From assembly GCA_905178155.1 (NCBI GenBank), contig CAJINV010000016.1, positions 1,563,102 to 1,627,101 on the forward strand: a stretch of DNA of 64,000 nt, given 5' to 3'. Both the position numbers and the translations under genes were made by a program. This document shows positions 36,501 to 48,902 of this stretch, piece by piece. Each line of letters opens with the position of its first letter. Position 1 is the first letter of the stretch. The DNA is from Amoebophrya sp. A120 (lineage: Eukaryota; Protista; Dinoflagellata). Under the pieces are notes generated by a model. That model did no database searches. It was not told where the DNA came from and saw only the letters and a program-made list of their open reading frames with translations.

Positions 36501-39500
36501 GGATGATGGAAACCGCGCCATCCAGAGCGAATTTTAGCAAATCAACGCCCCCGTTCAAGACATTCACCAGTAGCTGCGCCAAATCCTGGGTCAACGCCCC
36601 GGTTCTATGCACTGCGGACTTCGCGTGTTTCACCATGGCACTCGCCAAGTCCTTCACTGTGTGGTCGTAGAAGTCGTGCAGCGCGTGATTGGTAGAGGAA
36701 ACCACGGAACCGGTGGAATCGACCAAAACTTGCATCTTCTCCCCGGTGAGGGAAACGATTTCGTGCAGTTTCAGGTTGGATTTCTCCAAGGTCTCGACCA
36801 ATTCGTACTTCAGATTCCCGATGGATTTTTCTGTTCCGGTGATGATCTGCCCGGAAACGTCTTTCAACACCAACGTCACGTTTCCCAGGTCATCGTGGAT
36901 CAAGTGTGTAAATCGATTTTGCAGGTCAGAGGCGACTGCCTCCGTCAGCTGCTCGGTCCCGTAAACGACTCTTCCAGCCCCGTCAGTCACGTAGTGGGCG
37001 ATGGTTCCGTTGAACTCGACGACATAATGGGTTAAACTCCCGGCAGCGTCTGCGGCGGCGACCGCGCCCGCCTTGAGTCCCGCGAGACCGTCGAGCCCCA
37101 CGCCGGCGAGCCTCTCCAACGCCGGGATTTCTCCGGCAGTGGAGGGGGAGCTTTTCGGGATAAACGTGGCTACTTGTTCCCCGCATTTATGTTTATTCGC
37201 GATGAACAATTCTTCGCCATAAGCGTACAGTTTCCCCAGAGCCGCTTCCTCGGCGTGCTTTGCCAAGTCGTAGGTCGATTTCACAGTGCCGACGATTCTC
37301 TGCGAGCCGGAGACAACCCGCCCGGTTTTGTCCACTAATTGGTGGACCATCTGCCCCGAGGCGTCCACCACGGTCTTTGCCTGGTGGTTAGCGGAACGGA
37401 CAAGGCGGTTGAAAATGGAAAGCAAATCCTCATCCGTGAACAGTTTGATGTCCACCAAATACTCGAACACGTCACTCGTCGGCGCCTTCGACGCCAGCCA
37501 CTTGCTGTCTTCCAAAATTTCCCCCGTGGCTTTGTTCACCACGTAGTTGAGCGTGTTGCTCGCTTCGTCTTTCAACGTAATGATGAAACTGGAGTTCAGA
37601 TCTGCGGTTTGGGACAAATTCCCGAGTTGCTCGAGATTCCGCATCTGCTCCTCGGCGACCTCCCCGATCACCTTCTGGGAATTCTCAATCACGTTCCCGG
37701 CCGAATCGGTCATGTAGTGGATCAGTTGATTCCCCTGGAACCGGCGTTTTAAAGATGGTTGGCGGATAAAATTCTCCAGCTGTTGCTCCAATTGCTGCGC
37801 TTCGGTGGTGAGTTGGTTCAACGTGTCATTAGTGAGAGCATAATTGGCAGCTGTTTTTTGCGTCGCGTCGACAAGCTGTCCGATGTTTTTGCCCGTGCGA
37901 GAGACTTCGTTGTTCACGTTCGTTAAAATTTCATTCCCTGCAGACAAGAATTCTGTTTTCCCGAGTTGCGCAATCCTTGCCATGTCGGAGACGGTTTCCT
38001 CCAAAGTTTCCTTCGTCACTTCGACCACAACAGGGAGAGTTTGCAACGCGTGTCCACTTGCGTCCTTGACCGTGACGTAATTCGCCTCGGCGATTTGCTG
38101 CAAGTGGTCCGCCTCGTCGCGGATGAGTTTCTGCACCTGGTTGGCGATCTCGTTGGTATCGTGGAAAAAGTTCTCCGCGAAGGAAAGCTCGATCGACGCG
38201 GAGGAGCCCTCGGCGCTAGTAGCTCCAGTAGCAGGAACAGCACTTCTAGACTGTGTCTTCGGAAAGAATACTTTCCCGTCGTCCTGGTTCACGGCGAAGT
38301 ACTTAGCCGGTTGCGGTTCAACAACAGCTGTCGTTGATGTGTTCTGTCCACTTGTCACTGTCCCCTCTGCCTTGAACATGACCGTGTTGGACCCGTGGGA
38401 CAAGACTTTCTTCCCCGGCGCGGTTAAAGTTCTGGATAAACTGTCCATTTTCTGCGGTTGCACCGCGGTGAAAACGTTGTTGCTTGATGTTCTGTCGTAA
38501 GTTGTATTGGCCATCATTTCGACCACATTGTCGTTGTCGGTCGTCGAACTTCGCACCAAACTGCTCATAGCGGAAGCCGACTGGTCGGGGATGTCGGACG
38601 TGGTCATCTTCATATCCTCGGAAGTAGATGTTGACCCTGTCACTGCGCGGACGATTTTCGTGCCGATTTGCGAGGGGTTGCGCAACACCTTCCCGACGAT
38701 TTCTTCCGAAATAACCTTTCCCGTGTCGACTCTTTTCAAGGTGTGGATCACCTCACCAGTAACATTGATGTTCTGAAACAGCTCCGTATGCTCAGGAATC
38801 GGCTCCAGGACCATTGCGGACTCGGTTAACTTCACAATTTCCGGAATCGCCTTGACCTTCCTGCCAGTCCCATCTGTCACTCGGAGAATCTCTCCGAACC
38901 CGGGCAACGTCGGGACCGAGAGGGTTACCGACCCGGAGTACTCCCCGCCGCCGATTTTCTTACCTTGGAGAGACCAGCCCGGACCGTTGAGCATTTGCCG
39001 GAACCGAGAAACGAAATTCCCGAGGTCGCCGTACACTTTTTGCCCGATGGAGGGAACGTCTGCTGGCCGCACCGTAGCGAGTCGCTTCATGGATTGGTTC
39101 GCCTTCTCCAGGTCCTCGGCTAACAACTGCTTCAGCTGCTTCATGATCGGGTCGTCTTCGTTTCCGAAAGAACCAGATTGCCGCTTCAAGAACTCTTGCT
39201 CAAAAGTGGCGCGGAAATCCACCGCAGAGGGGCTGAGCGTTGTTTTGAGTGGGTTCTCGGAATTCTCTGGTAACCCGATTCTCCCTGGCTTTCCCAAACT
39301 GTCGAAGCGGAGCTTCTCCGCTCCGGATCTGAACTCCCACGGGGTGGTTTGTTTGCGGAGAAGAAAGTCAGAATCTACTGCGCCGTTCTTAAAATCGTTT
39401 TCGTCCGTGTAAGACCGCTGCATCAGCAGCCCGTTGTTCCAATCCCGCTCGATCGCGTTTTCGATCTTCTGTCCCGACCAGTTCTTTTCGATCTTGATTT

Positions 39501-42500
39501 TCGCATCCGGCGTGCTTCTTGAGCGCAACACGTTCAGGATCGGGTTCACCTCGAGGTTCCGGACCTTTTCGGAGATCAAATAACTCGCGGATAAGTCAGA
39601 ATCCGATAGAATCAATTCCGACCCGTATTGCTCCTTCAATTTCTCCAACCCATTCTGATCCGCAATCCCGGACAAGAATTCCCCGCCCTGCCGGGTGAAC
39701 GCCCACCAGAAGAGTTTCCGCTCCTCGTTCATGACCCCGTACAAGACCGCGCCCGGTTTCACTTTGGACGTGACGAGGTCCTTGAAGTCTGACACGTGCA
39801 GGTGTACAGACCCGCGGTTCAAGTAGCTTCTTTCAATCCGCCCGTACGTTTTCTCGATGTTCCTCACGGGTAAACAGTTCGATTCCGCGCGGAACCACTC
39901 CTGTGGGAAGTCATTTTCGATCTTTTGGGACAAGGACCGGTCGATCTTGTGCTCGGACCCGTGTTCGAGTCTTGTCCCCTCCTTCGTGTAGTCCGTATGT
40001 TTCCGGATTGGAACGGGTAACAACAGTTCGTGTTCCTTCTCGTGGATTTCATGCGCCAACTCGTGCTTGTTATTTCGCGCGAATTTCCCGGTGACGGTTT
40101 CGTACCCGGACATCAACCAGTCGGAGAAACTGGAGGCAAACTCCTTCACGTCGTGCCTGCTGTGATCGGTGGAGGAACCAATCGCTGGTAACTGCGGGAG
40201 AAGAATTTCCCTTTCTCTCGTAACCTCGATGTTGATCTTGAACTGCATCTCCCCCAGATACCGGCCGAAGTGGTCCACCACATGTCCCGCCTCGTCATTC
40301 ACTTTGCCGAGCAAATTTCCGGATTGATCCACCACATGGCCGGCCGTGTCGATGACGTGGCCGACGATCTGCCCACCCGCGTCCTTGACTTGGGTGTAGA
40401 GACTGGAAGACACGTCGATGTCGTTCCAGTTGAGAGAAACCGGTAAGTCCGGCAGCTCCGGCAGCTTGATCTTGGAAAAGTGCGGCTTGGGGAGTTCGAA
40501 CTCGGGGACGACACTTGGGAGGTCGGGGAGCTGCGGCATGTTTGGCAGGTCGACTTTCGGAAGCTCCGGGATGGAGGTGAGGTCTGGCATGGAAGGCATC
40601 TCCGGCATGGAAGGCATGTGCATCTCCGGCATTTTGGGTACTGAGGGCAGGTCGACTTTCGGTAATTCCGGCATGGACGGCATTTCCATTTTCGGTAACT
40701 CCGGCATAGAAGGGATTTCCATTTTTGGCATTTCCGGCATGGAAGGCATATCCATTTTTGGCATTTCCGGCATACTCGGCATTTCCGGCAGGTCCACCTT
40801 CGGCATGGCGGGAAGATCCGGCAATTCGGGAAATTTCACATCCGGCATCTCGGGCAGAAGTTCCGGCATCTTCACGTCCGGCAATTCCGGCGCGTGGAAC
40901 GACGGAACTCTCGGCATCTCCGGTAAAGTCAAGCTCCCGCTGAACTCATATTCCTTCTCCGGGTTATCAAGTGTAAAACTGTCTGGGTCTGGAAGAATGC
41001 GCGATTTGTCATGCTGCTTTTCCATGACCCATGAGGTCTGGAATGCCGGAGCTAGCATGACAGATTCTGTGCACTCTCTCTCATGCCTATCCTGCATGAG
41101 AAACTCCCTCCCGACTTGGCCAAAACTGGACGACTTTTGGTAATCACGCAACACAGATTTTTGCATGTTTCAGATTTAGCATGACAAGTTGCATTCTTCC
41201 AGACCCAGACATTTTTGCATTTGATACGGGTGTAAAACCAGCGATTTGATGTGGAACATGTCCTCAGCCTTGGACTTATCAAATGTAAAAATGTCTGGGT
41301 CTGGAAGATTCTGAGATTTGTCATGCATATTTCGGATCACGCAAGTGGCGTCTGATGCAGGCAAAAGCATCACAGGTTTTGAGCACGCCTCATGATGCCT
41401 GTCCCGCATGAGAAACTTCCTACTTGCGTGCCAAGAAATGGACAGCTTTTGGCGCTCATGCAACACAAATTTTTGTGTGTTCCAGAGTTTGCATCACAAG
41501 TGGCAACCCTTCCAGACCCAGACATTTTTACATTTGATAGGACTTGATGATCCCCAACTTCTCCACCCCTTTTCCCGGCAACGAGCCCAAAAACTTTCCC
41601 GTTTTGCTCACCACCTGGCCGGTGCTGGTCGCGACATTGCCGATAGCTTGGCCGGCGTGGTTAAGGACCTTGCCCGTGTGGTCCACCACCGTGCCAATCT
41701 GCCGGCCAGCGGAATCGATATGGAACTGTCAGGATTGACATTAACAAAGTTGAAATAATTTGTGATGCATAAAATCTATACCAGTTGGGCCCACAGTTTC
41801 CAATCGGCGCATGACAAATTTTCCTGGCCTCTGAAGCACGTCTGTCATGCTGTTTCGGGCAAGATGGCTGCTCCCTGTCATGCTAGTCAGCAACCCAATT
41901 CCTGACCCTTGCCAGCACTAGAATCTGCCTCCCTTGCGCCTTCAGCAATAGAGTCGGTCTTTGTGTCGCATTTTATGCATGGCAAATCCTTTCAACTTTG
42001 TCGATTTCAACTCTGACACATCCATAATCGAAGACGGTGAGTTCGGAAAGACCGGACAACCCACCGATGATGTCGTGGCGGATGCGGCCGGCGCCCGTGT
42101 AGACTTTCCCTAGAAGTTTGCCGGTGGCGTCAACGACGAGACCGAATTCACCAACAACGTGGCCGATCACCTGAAGGATTGGGGTGGTTTTGTAGAAGAG
42201 TAAAACTATTTCTATTTCCTTGCTTTGCAAGTACTTACTTAAGTGTAAAACTCACGCACTTTCAAGGTTGTATGTACCTGCATCATCGTCGATCAATAGT
42301 GCGCACGAAAAAATCATGCAAAACACGTGCTCGCGTGACGATCGCACAGATGCATGCGCGCATGAAGTTCTGCGCGTAACTTTCACAGACGCAAAATGGT
42401 ATACTTAAATGCAATCAATATACACAACTGTTCACTATATGTGCATTCATACAGAACACCATCAAAACCCAAAATCCTATCTCCTCAATACCTCCCCGGC

Positions 42501-43640
42501 GTCATTCACCACCCTTCCTGTTCCCTTCACCACTTTCCCGATCACGTTTCCGACGGAATTTTTGACCACAAACAGCTGCGTGCCCACCTCGTGTCCGTAG
42601 TATTCCAAATTGGTCAGCAACGTCGAACTTTCCTCCGCGTGCTTCAGGTCGAGCCCGTTGAGCATCTGGATGTTCTTGAAATTTTCCCGAAAACAAAATT
42701 TCAGCAATCCGCAGCTGTTGTGCACGTGGAGCGCGAGAATTTTGACCCCGCGGAAGGAATCGGAGAGGGTCGCGCTGAGGGCGGCGGCCGCGGTGGTCGT
42801 GAGCGCGAGCGAGGACTGGATAGGCTTCAAAAGGTACAGAGTGTCCAACGCGTAGATGAAATAGGCATTCAACTCGTAGAAAAACGCGACGATTATGTTC
42901 GACCCATCGTACTCCGGGATGATCGTGCTGCCATCCGAGGTTGTAAACTTCACCGATTGATGCGCTTTTTGTAAAGGGAAGTCGAGTCTCTTGCTCATCG
43001 CGGTGCGGTTGAAATCCAATTCTAGCTTCCCCGTCAAATTGATCTGCTCTGTCTTGTCGTGCCCAGCTGAAGATTCCCCTCCTGTCGAGAAATAGTCCAG
43101 CAACCCTCTGCCCGCGCCGACGGAACGAAGAGAGGGAAGTTTTGCAACTCCTTCTTTCTGAATGATCTGATCAAATTGGACTGATGTCACCTCTGGTGCT
43201 CGGGGTTGGACTGTGGGACTAGTCGAGGAAGCTGCTGCTGCTGCACTCCCAACAGCGCTGGCACCACCAGCTATGTCCATCCCACCCGAAATAACCGCTC
43301 CGGGGAGCAAGCTGCCCATGCTCGTCGTGTAGATGACCCCGTGCTGGCCGCGGTAGAGCAGACCGGGGCCGTACACCGCCTCGATGGAAGGGGGTCCATT
43401 GTGGAATTGGACCGACCGTTTTTCCCCGCCTTTCAGCACGACGGTGATATCGATGATTTCGCCCACCGGGATTTCCTTCGCGAGCACCCCAACCGACTCG
43501 GAGAGCCATTGCACCAGATCTGTCCAATGTAAGCCGGCGAAGTCGGGAAGCTCTTTCGGGTAGGGGGAGGACTCCCGGGCGTAGGCGTTGAAGGTGACGG
43601 AATCGATTCTTTCCGTGAAATCGAGCTTTTCGACTATCAT
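27510..43640 (-). CDS. Giant (~4,197 aa) repeat-rich protein with a split, probably inactive cytochrome P450-like domain
   Basis: One continuous frame after removing a GT-AG intron (42171-42491) and 12 introners plus one TSD each (12,594 nt). It contains VVDxxGxxxG repeats, PEMPKM repeats, a TM-like segment, LTEDPE, VDMDFQLHKYTLSTMAEVTYG, ETIRLHP and FVPERW. Confidence 0.8.
28592..28850. mobile_element. Introner family A (259 bp), TSD GTCGC
   Basis: TATCAAATGTAAAAATGTCTGGGTCTGGAA ... TTCCAGACCCAGACACTTTTGCATTTGATA. Confidence 0.92.
28972..29301. mobile_element. Introner family B (330 bp), TSD TGTAC
   Basis: TATCAAAGTGAAAAAAGCCCCCACCCCATATC ... GATATGGGGAGGGGGCATTTTTCATTGTAATA. Confidence 0.9.
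29394..29700. mobile_element. Introner family C (307 bp), TSD TGGTC
   Basis: TATGGAAGCGTCAGGTTTGAAATCGTCAAAGTTGAAATAATTTG ... TTTCAACTCTGACACATCCATA; very similar to 52802-53109. Confidence 0.92.
31555..31818. mobile_element. Introner family A (264 bp), TSD TGGTT
   Basis: TATGCATTGCAAAAATGTCTGGGTCTGGAAG ... CAGACATTTTTGCATTTGATA. Confidence 0.92.
31854..32159. mobile_element. Introner family C (306 bp), TSD CTGGC/CTGCC
   Basis: ~50-bp near-perfect TIR TATGAAAGCCTCAGGTTGGAAATCCTCAAAGTG... Confidence 0.92.
32418..32696. mobile_element. Introner family D (279 bp), TSD GCATT
   Basis: TATCCGGAGAAAAAACGTCCCCACACCAGA ... TCTGGGGTGGGGACGTTTTTACTCAGAATA. Confidence 0.92.
32907..33185. mobile_element. 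Introner family D (279 bp), TSD TGTTC
   Basis: TATCGTGAGTAAAAACGTACCCACACCAGAG ... CTCTGGTGTGGGTACATTTTTACTCAGGATA. Confidence 0.92.
34187..34336. mobile_element. Introner family F (150 bp), TSD AGCCG/ACCCG
   Basis: TATGCTGTGCAAAAGTATCGTACTCGTA ... TAGTACGAAACTTTTGCAATGCATA. Confidence 0.9.
35385..35533. mobile_element. Introner family F (149 bp), TSD AGCTG
   Basis: TATCCTGTGCAAAAGTATCGCACTCGTA ... TACGAGTACGATACTTTTGCAATGCATA. Confidence 0.92.
40440..40925 (-). repeat. Coding Pro/Glu/Met/Lys repeat (PEMPKMDMPSM-like)
   Basis: Translated tandem repeats PELPDVKMPE, PEMPKMEIPSM in the giant ORF. Confidence 0.85.
40965..41226. mobile_element. Introner family A (262 bp), TSD CGGGT
   Basis: TATCAAGTGTAAAACTGTCTGGGTCTGGAAG ... 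CAGACATTTTTGCATTTGATA. Confidence 0.92.
41277..41539. mobile_element. Introner family A (263 bp), TSD GGACT
   Basis: TATCAAATGTAAAAATGTCTGGGTCTGGAAG ... CCAGACCCAGACATTTTTACATTTGATA. Confidence 0.92.
41719..42026. mobile_element. Introner family C (308 bp), TSD ATCGA
   Basis: TATGGAACTGTCAGGATTGAC ... TTTCAACTCTGACACATCCATA. Confidence 0.92.
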
Positions 43641-45187
43641 GGCTTTATAATTTTCGGTGCTGGAACAAATCAGGAGATTTTGGAATTTATGTTTTGGGAT
43701 GAAATATTTTTTGCTGACGTTGGAGCTCAGAGCTCACGCCATCTTGAAAACTTTATTTGTAGGGTGTACAACTACAACTCAGGGTACAAAAATGTTTATC
43801 ATTTTGGGGTAAAGCTAAAGCGATGTTGTTGTAATATTCCAAATTTAGGATATTGTTGGGGGTCATTGAATTATCCTGACGGGCAAAACAAAAGAGGAGG
43901 ACAACATGAAGGACAGCAAAGAAAATGGCTGCATGAAGACGCTTTATACGCCACGACGAAATTTGGATTGCACACGCACGATGTCCTGGTGTACGAAAAT
44001 AAGCTACTTAGCAAGCAACCGAATTTCGAAGTACGAGCAAGTTTTGGCAAACCGAAAAGTGAAAAGCACGAGACCGACGATAAGATTTTTCAACTATTCC
44101 TTCTTGAAGAGGCGCACGAGACCGAGACTGAGCGACAGGTATCTTCCATATGAGAACGTGGACGTGCACCAAAGCAAAAGCATGAAAGCAAAAATGCACG
44201 AGAACCGATTTCAAAATTCTAATAATTCCGTAGCAATCACAAAAACCGAGTAAAGTAGTATTCCTCATGACTGAGGAGAAGAACCCATAATTAGGTACAA
44301 AATCATATCTAGAAGTACAGTGCAAAGCTGCTACTTCGCATCCATCTGTGTCAACATCTTCTCATTTCATTTTCCAAAAATACATCGTCTCTACTTATGG
44401 TTTCTCGAAGACTTTATGTTCATCCTGCACAGAGAAACTTCTCCGCACAAGAGAAGGTACAAAAGTGTCTTCGTGAAATGGTGTTAGTCATGTTTACTTC
44501 TCTTTTATTTCTCATTCTCTTGGGATTTTTCCCTGAAATAAATTACTTCTTAGTTCAGTTGTTCGAGTGCTGTCCTCTACATAGCGATCATCTCTACCGC
44601 ATCTATTCGTGTTCCGAGAAAGTATTAGCCCTCCCACAGCCTCGGTCTTGAGAAGACCACATCATCAGCTGTATTCTTTCTAATACTCTTCTATCCTGTG
44701 TCGTGCAACCTTCACGTCCTCAGCGGTGAGATCAAAATTCTCCAGAATTATGTACTCACTTACATCCTTCAAAAGTTGAAACAGAGCTCCGGGAAAATGT
44801 TCCGTCATGTGATTTTTTTGTACTTTTACATTTATTTGTTGATGGTGGTTCTTGGAATATTAGGTTAACAAGCTGCTCATTCCTGTTGTGAAGTGTTCAG
44901 TTCTTGTTCGAAAAAAAATACACGCTTGTAGTACAGATAAAGAAGTCCCTGTACTTCTAGTCTTTACCAACAAAAACCGTGCGCCCACTGGTGCGACGCA
45001 GATATTTGAAGGCGGAAGTGCCGAGATTTGTAGTTTGTTCAGATTGTGACATCAGGCAGTAGATAATTTTGCAAAAATCAGATAAGGCCGCTGCGTTTGT
45101 GGTCCTGTTCAACAGGCTGCGCTGTAAAAATCTAGTACATACTGGACCACCATTTCGACCTCGACCACCAGCACCACGACCTCGCAC

Positions 45188-47640
45188 TCACTTTTCCGCC
45201 CCGTGACGGAAGCCGTTGGAGTGCGGCGTGTGAAAGTATGCATTGCAAAAGCATCGTACTAGTATAAATCGCATGACAAATTTGCTTAGCATCATCATCA
45301 TCATTGAGACGAGCCCCCTGTGGTCGTCCTCACGGTGTCGTCTTGGCCCTAGGCTGTTTCGGACAGATGTTGGTTGTGTCCGGCAAGAGGACGGCTCTGC
45401 ATGGGCAAATGTTGGTAATGTCCAGCGAGAACTCTTCCGTGGCCCCATTTTCTGCCGGTTTTTGGCTTTCGCCAGGATTACCCGCAACGCCACCCGTGGA
45501 CAGTGAAACCCATGGCAGGCTTTCGCCAGGCGGTCCCGGGGAGGCCCTCCTCTTGGCACAATGTCGGTTAGATACCAATTTGCACCCCCCGGAAGCGAGG
45601 TGAGCCTCTCCTATGTTGGTGCAGAGCACGAGTGGGGTCATGGGCTCGGGTGAGTAGTTGGGGGGGCTACTCAGGGGGTACTGGGACTGTTCGCCGAACT
45701 GTTGCCGGATATGAAAAGTTTTCGGGTCTATTCACAACCATGATCGCAGGCTAAGTTAGGCAAAAACTCCGCTGGAGGTTTCGCACTGGTGGCCTCCCAT
45801 GGCGTGAATATGTTTTGCGGACTTGATTTCTTCATCCGCTTTTCTTTTGTTTTCATGCAAGGTGCTCGGCGCGAGCCCTCCTGCCGCTCCGTTCCGTATC
45901 TCGTTCCCGTCGCCGCTCTGCCTCTGCTCTTGCCGTACTTCTCCGTAGTAGCCACCGGGGCTGTGGGGTCCACAGGGGTGAGGATAAAGGGGGTTCCGGG
46001 GATAGGGGGCGGGGTTCCCGTGCATAGGGGAGGGGGCGGGGTTCCCGTGAATGGGGGGGGTCCCGGGGGTACAGGAGGCAGGAACCCCAGTCGCGCGCCG
46101 GCTTTCGGTTTATCCGTCTCCTTCCCGGATGGGTGCAGGAAGTGCAGAAGTTGCTGGGCCTGTAGGGGTGGTCTGGGTTCGGGCGAGGAGATCGGGATAC
46201 CCGGCGACGCCATTATTCTAAAGATTCTGCATTCAAGTCTGTCAGTGTTCGCGAGGAAAGTGAGACAAAGTGAAGAAAACTAGCAATGTACAACCTACAA
46301 TTACATCTACGGCCCCATATGCAATTTATCCCCACGATTACGATTTTCAAATTTTCCTCTGAAACCCCACGACCGAACTTGGCACAAAGCAAACCGACGT
46401 GAAGAGGAGACCCAAGGAGCCACACATGCAAAAAGGAGGCCAATAGCCATGAGTAGACTCAATACGTTCCCTCATGGCTATCCACCGTGGCACCGCAACA
46501 AGTTTGCAGAAGATCTGCAATGGTCATGACCGCGAGATTCTCACACCGAGCTGGACCGACGTCAAAAGTACGATAGACGCGCATGACTACCCCTATTTAT
46601 ATACCCCCGGGGGAGGGGGAATATGAGATTTGCAATGCGGATCTACCTTGAGAATGAGATTTGTCATGCATGAATGCGATTAGTACGAGTACGATACTTT
46701 TGCACAGGATAGAAAGGCCAACGGGTTGATATTCGCGTTGTGCTTCATGGTCGCTTTGGAAGCGTATTGAGAGGAAAAATCCCCCCTCCCCATATTGAAA
46801 AGGTATGTTTCCAAAAATTTGTGTTGCGGATTTGAGGTCACAAATCACGTCTGTCTTGCAAGAAGACAAGGGCAGAAGCTTCCGCCCCATTATGGAAGCG
46901 ATTTGTCATGCTGTCTGGCCTAAAGGGGGGCCGTTTGCCATGCTGAACTACTAGACCCATACGCCCCTACCTAGCCTGGGGATCTGGCCGCAGTGCCTCT
47001 GTGCAATACAAAGCTGATCTGTGGTCACAAATCAGCATCACAAATTTCCGTTTTGATATGGGGAGGGGGGATTTTTCATTTTGATAAAGCGTGCTTCTGG
47101 CGAAAAATCTCGTTTTCGAAATGCTTGGCCGCCTGGAACCGCCCCTGCTCGTCGCGCTTCCCGGTCGCCTCCGCTTTCATCTCCTTTTCAATCTGGGAAA
47201 CCAGCTGCTGCTGGGTCTCGGAACCAGGGGAAGTGGTGGATTGCGGGGAGGCTGTGTTTTGGGATTTACATTTATGATATTAACCATCTGCTGCTTGTTG
47301 CATTTATTTTGCAACATCAGCTGTCGCACTTTTCATGCAAAACTGTAAGACCCTGACCTTCGTATTGACCTGTGACGATCCTACTCTTCCTTCATCAGAT
47401 TTGTCATGCATAAACGCCATCAAGATCAACAATCACGATACCGGCGTTGGTCTTTTTCGGCGAGCGCTGGGCACGACGGCGTCCGGCCACCATGCGGCTC
47501 CCGGGGCGTTTCAGCTCCCCGAGCTCTTTCTGGGAGACCGACATCGCCGTCATCCTGTGTGGCGACGAGGGGTAGTCGTCCGGATTCCGGTCCGTTTTGG
47601 AGCGGGAGGGGGGAAGGTGGCAGCTACTCGTTGTATTCGA
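45188..47640 (-). CDS. Small hypothetical protein (multi-exon; start not resolved)
   Basis: Removing elements 46765-47086 and 45237-46711 gives ...QIEKEMKAEATGKRDEQGRFQAAKHFENEIFRQKHASKATMKHNANINPLAFHTPHSNGFRHGAEK*. Confidence 0.6.
45237..46711. mobile_element. Expanded family F introner (1,475 bp) with internal insertion, TSD GAAAG
   Basis: TATGCATTGCAAAAGCATCGTACTAG ... TAGTACGAGTACGATACTTTTGCACAGGATA; GAAAG on both sides. Confidence 0.85.
46765..47086. mobile_element. Introner family B (322 bp), TSD AAGCG
   Basis: TATTGAGAGGAAAAATCCCCCCTCCCCATA ... TATGGGGAGGGGGGATTTTTCATTTTGATA. Confidence 0.92.
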
Positions 47641-48902
47641 CGTTGGAAATTTTAGGGTCGAAATCCGATCGTCGTTCTCTGCGTACTTGTAACTTTATTT
47701 ATTAGACCTACATGCGAACTCAACACGATGTGCCAACAACTGTATTGATGTCGTGGGGACGACGGCTAACTGAAAGATGAATTTGCGTGTATCTATTGAT
47801 TGCGGGTAGATGTAGAAGGTGTGTTTGAAAATTGTCTTTCACAGGTGTTCGAGGGTAGCCTCTATTTCGACGTGGTTTCTTTATGTCTTCTTCGTGGTAG
47901 ATAGGAGGGTGGTGTGATGTAAAATCGGTTCCACTAGTACCTTCTATCTTTTACTTTTCCTCTGTGTCAGCGTAGTCACAAATACTCATGGTGATGGTTT
48001 TATTTTTCTAGAGAGCTGCATTGGTATTGGGTTCAAGAAGAGCAGCAACAAGGCACAGAAACGTCTTACCGCCATTATCAGGGTATCCATATGTAGTTTG
48101 TGGAATCTACGGAAGGATCGTCGTGCGAAAAAGATCGTTCATCTCTATCGGCAACCGTATCTTTCATCTACTTCGGGAAATCTAGGACCGACTTTGTTTT
48201 TGTTTTGTTCCTTCAGCTGCACCGTCCGTTCCACAACAGTTTTTCACATGATGCTGGACTTTACTTTACTTCCTGTTGAACACAAAATATACTTCCGCCT
48301 TTCTCGATAAGCAGAGCAGTTTTTGTTGCTTGGCCTGCTCAGTTTTGTGGCAGTGCACGTTGTTTGAGTAGTTAGAGCTTCTTTCATCGCAGCAAATTGG
48401 TGCATAAAGAGTTTGGAAAAAACACAGAATAAGGAAAAAAGTGGTAGGCTTTAGATAAGTAGAAGTTTTTTGCAGATTTGCAGAATAGTGAAGATAGCAA
48501 CGTACTCTTCTTCATCAAGCTACACACAACTCGTGCCCCGTCCTCTCGACCGCTTGGCTACGAGTTCTTCTTCTTTCACATTCTACACAATTCATTAACG
48601 TCAGCGGCTGAATTTGTCCAGCGCTGCCTTCTTGTGGTTCAAACGCGCCGACTCACACTTTTTCTTTTTTTCTGACCGCGCGATTCAGGACGCCCTCGCT
48701 GGTCTTCTCCACGCGGCCCCTCGTGCAGTTTACGTAGATGAACTACGAAAAGCAGTGCGCCAGGCCAAAAGGACCATGAGGCCGAAGGTGAAGTAGGAGC
48801 TGACTTTTTCATGCCTCAAATAGTGACAGAAGCAACTCAACTTCAGCTATGCCCAATAGCACGTTTTTCACTTCCCGCCAGCCGACTAGCACGTTTCTCG
48901 CT

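Noticed and set aside
35503-41166. Stand-alone 1,887-aa gene (likewise 29681-31747, 27510-28769, 33178-34335, 34311-35435)
   Set aside because: Their termini (e.g. PDPDIF, MHCKSIVLV) are translations of introner ends; they are exons of one gene
43680-44253. Plus-strand ORFs upstream of the giant gene
   Set aside because: Short, AT-rich, no motifs; treated as intergenic
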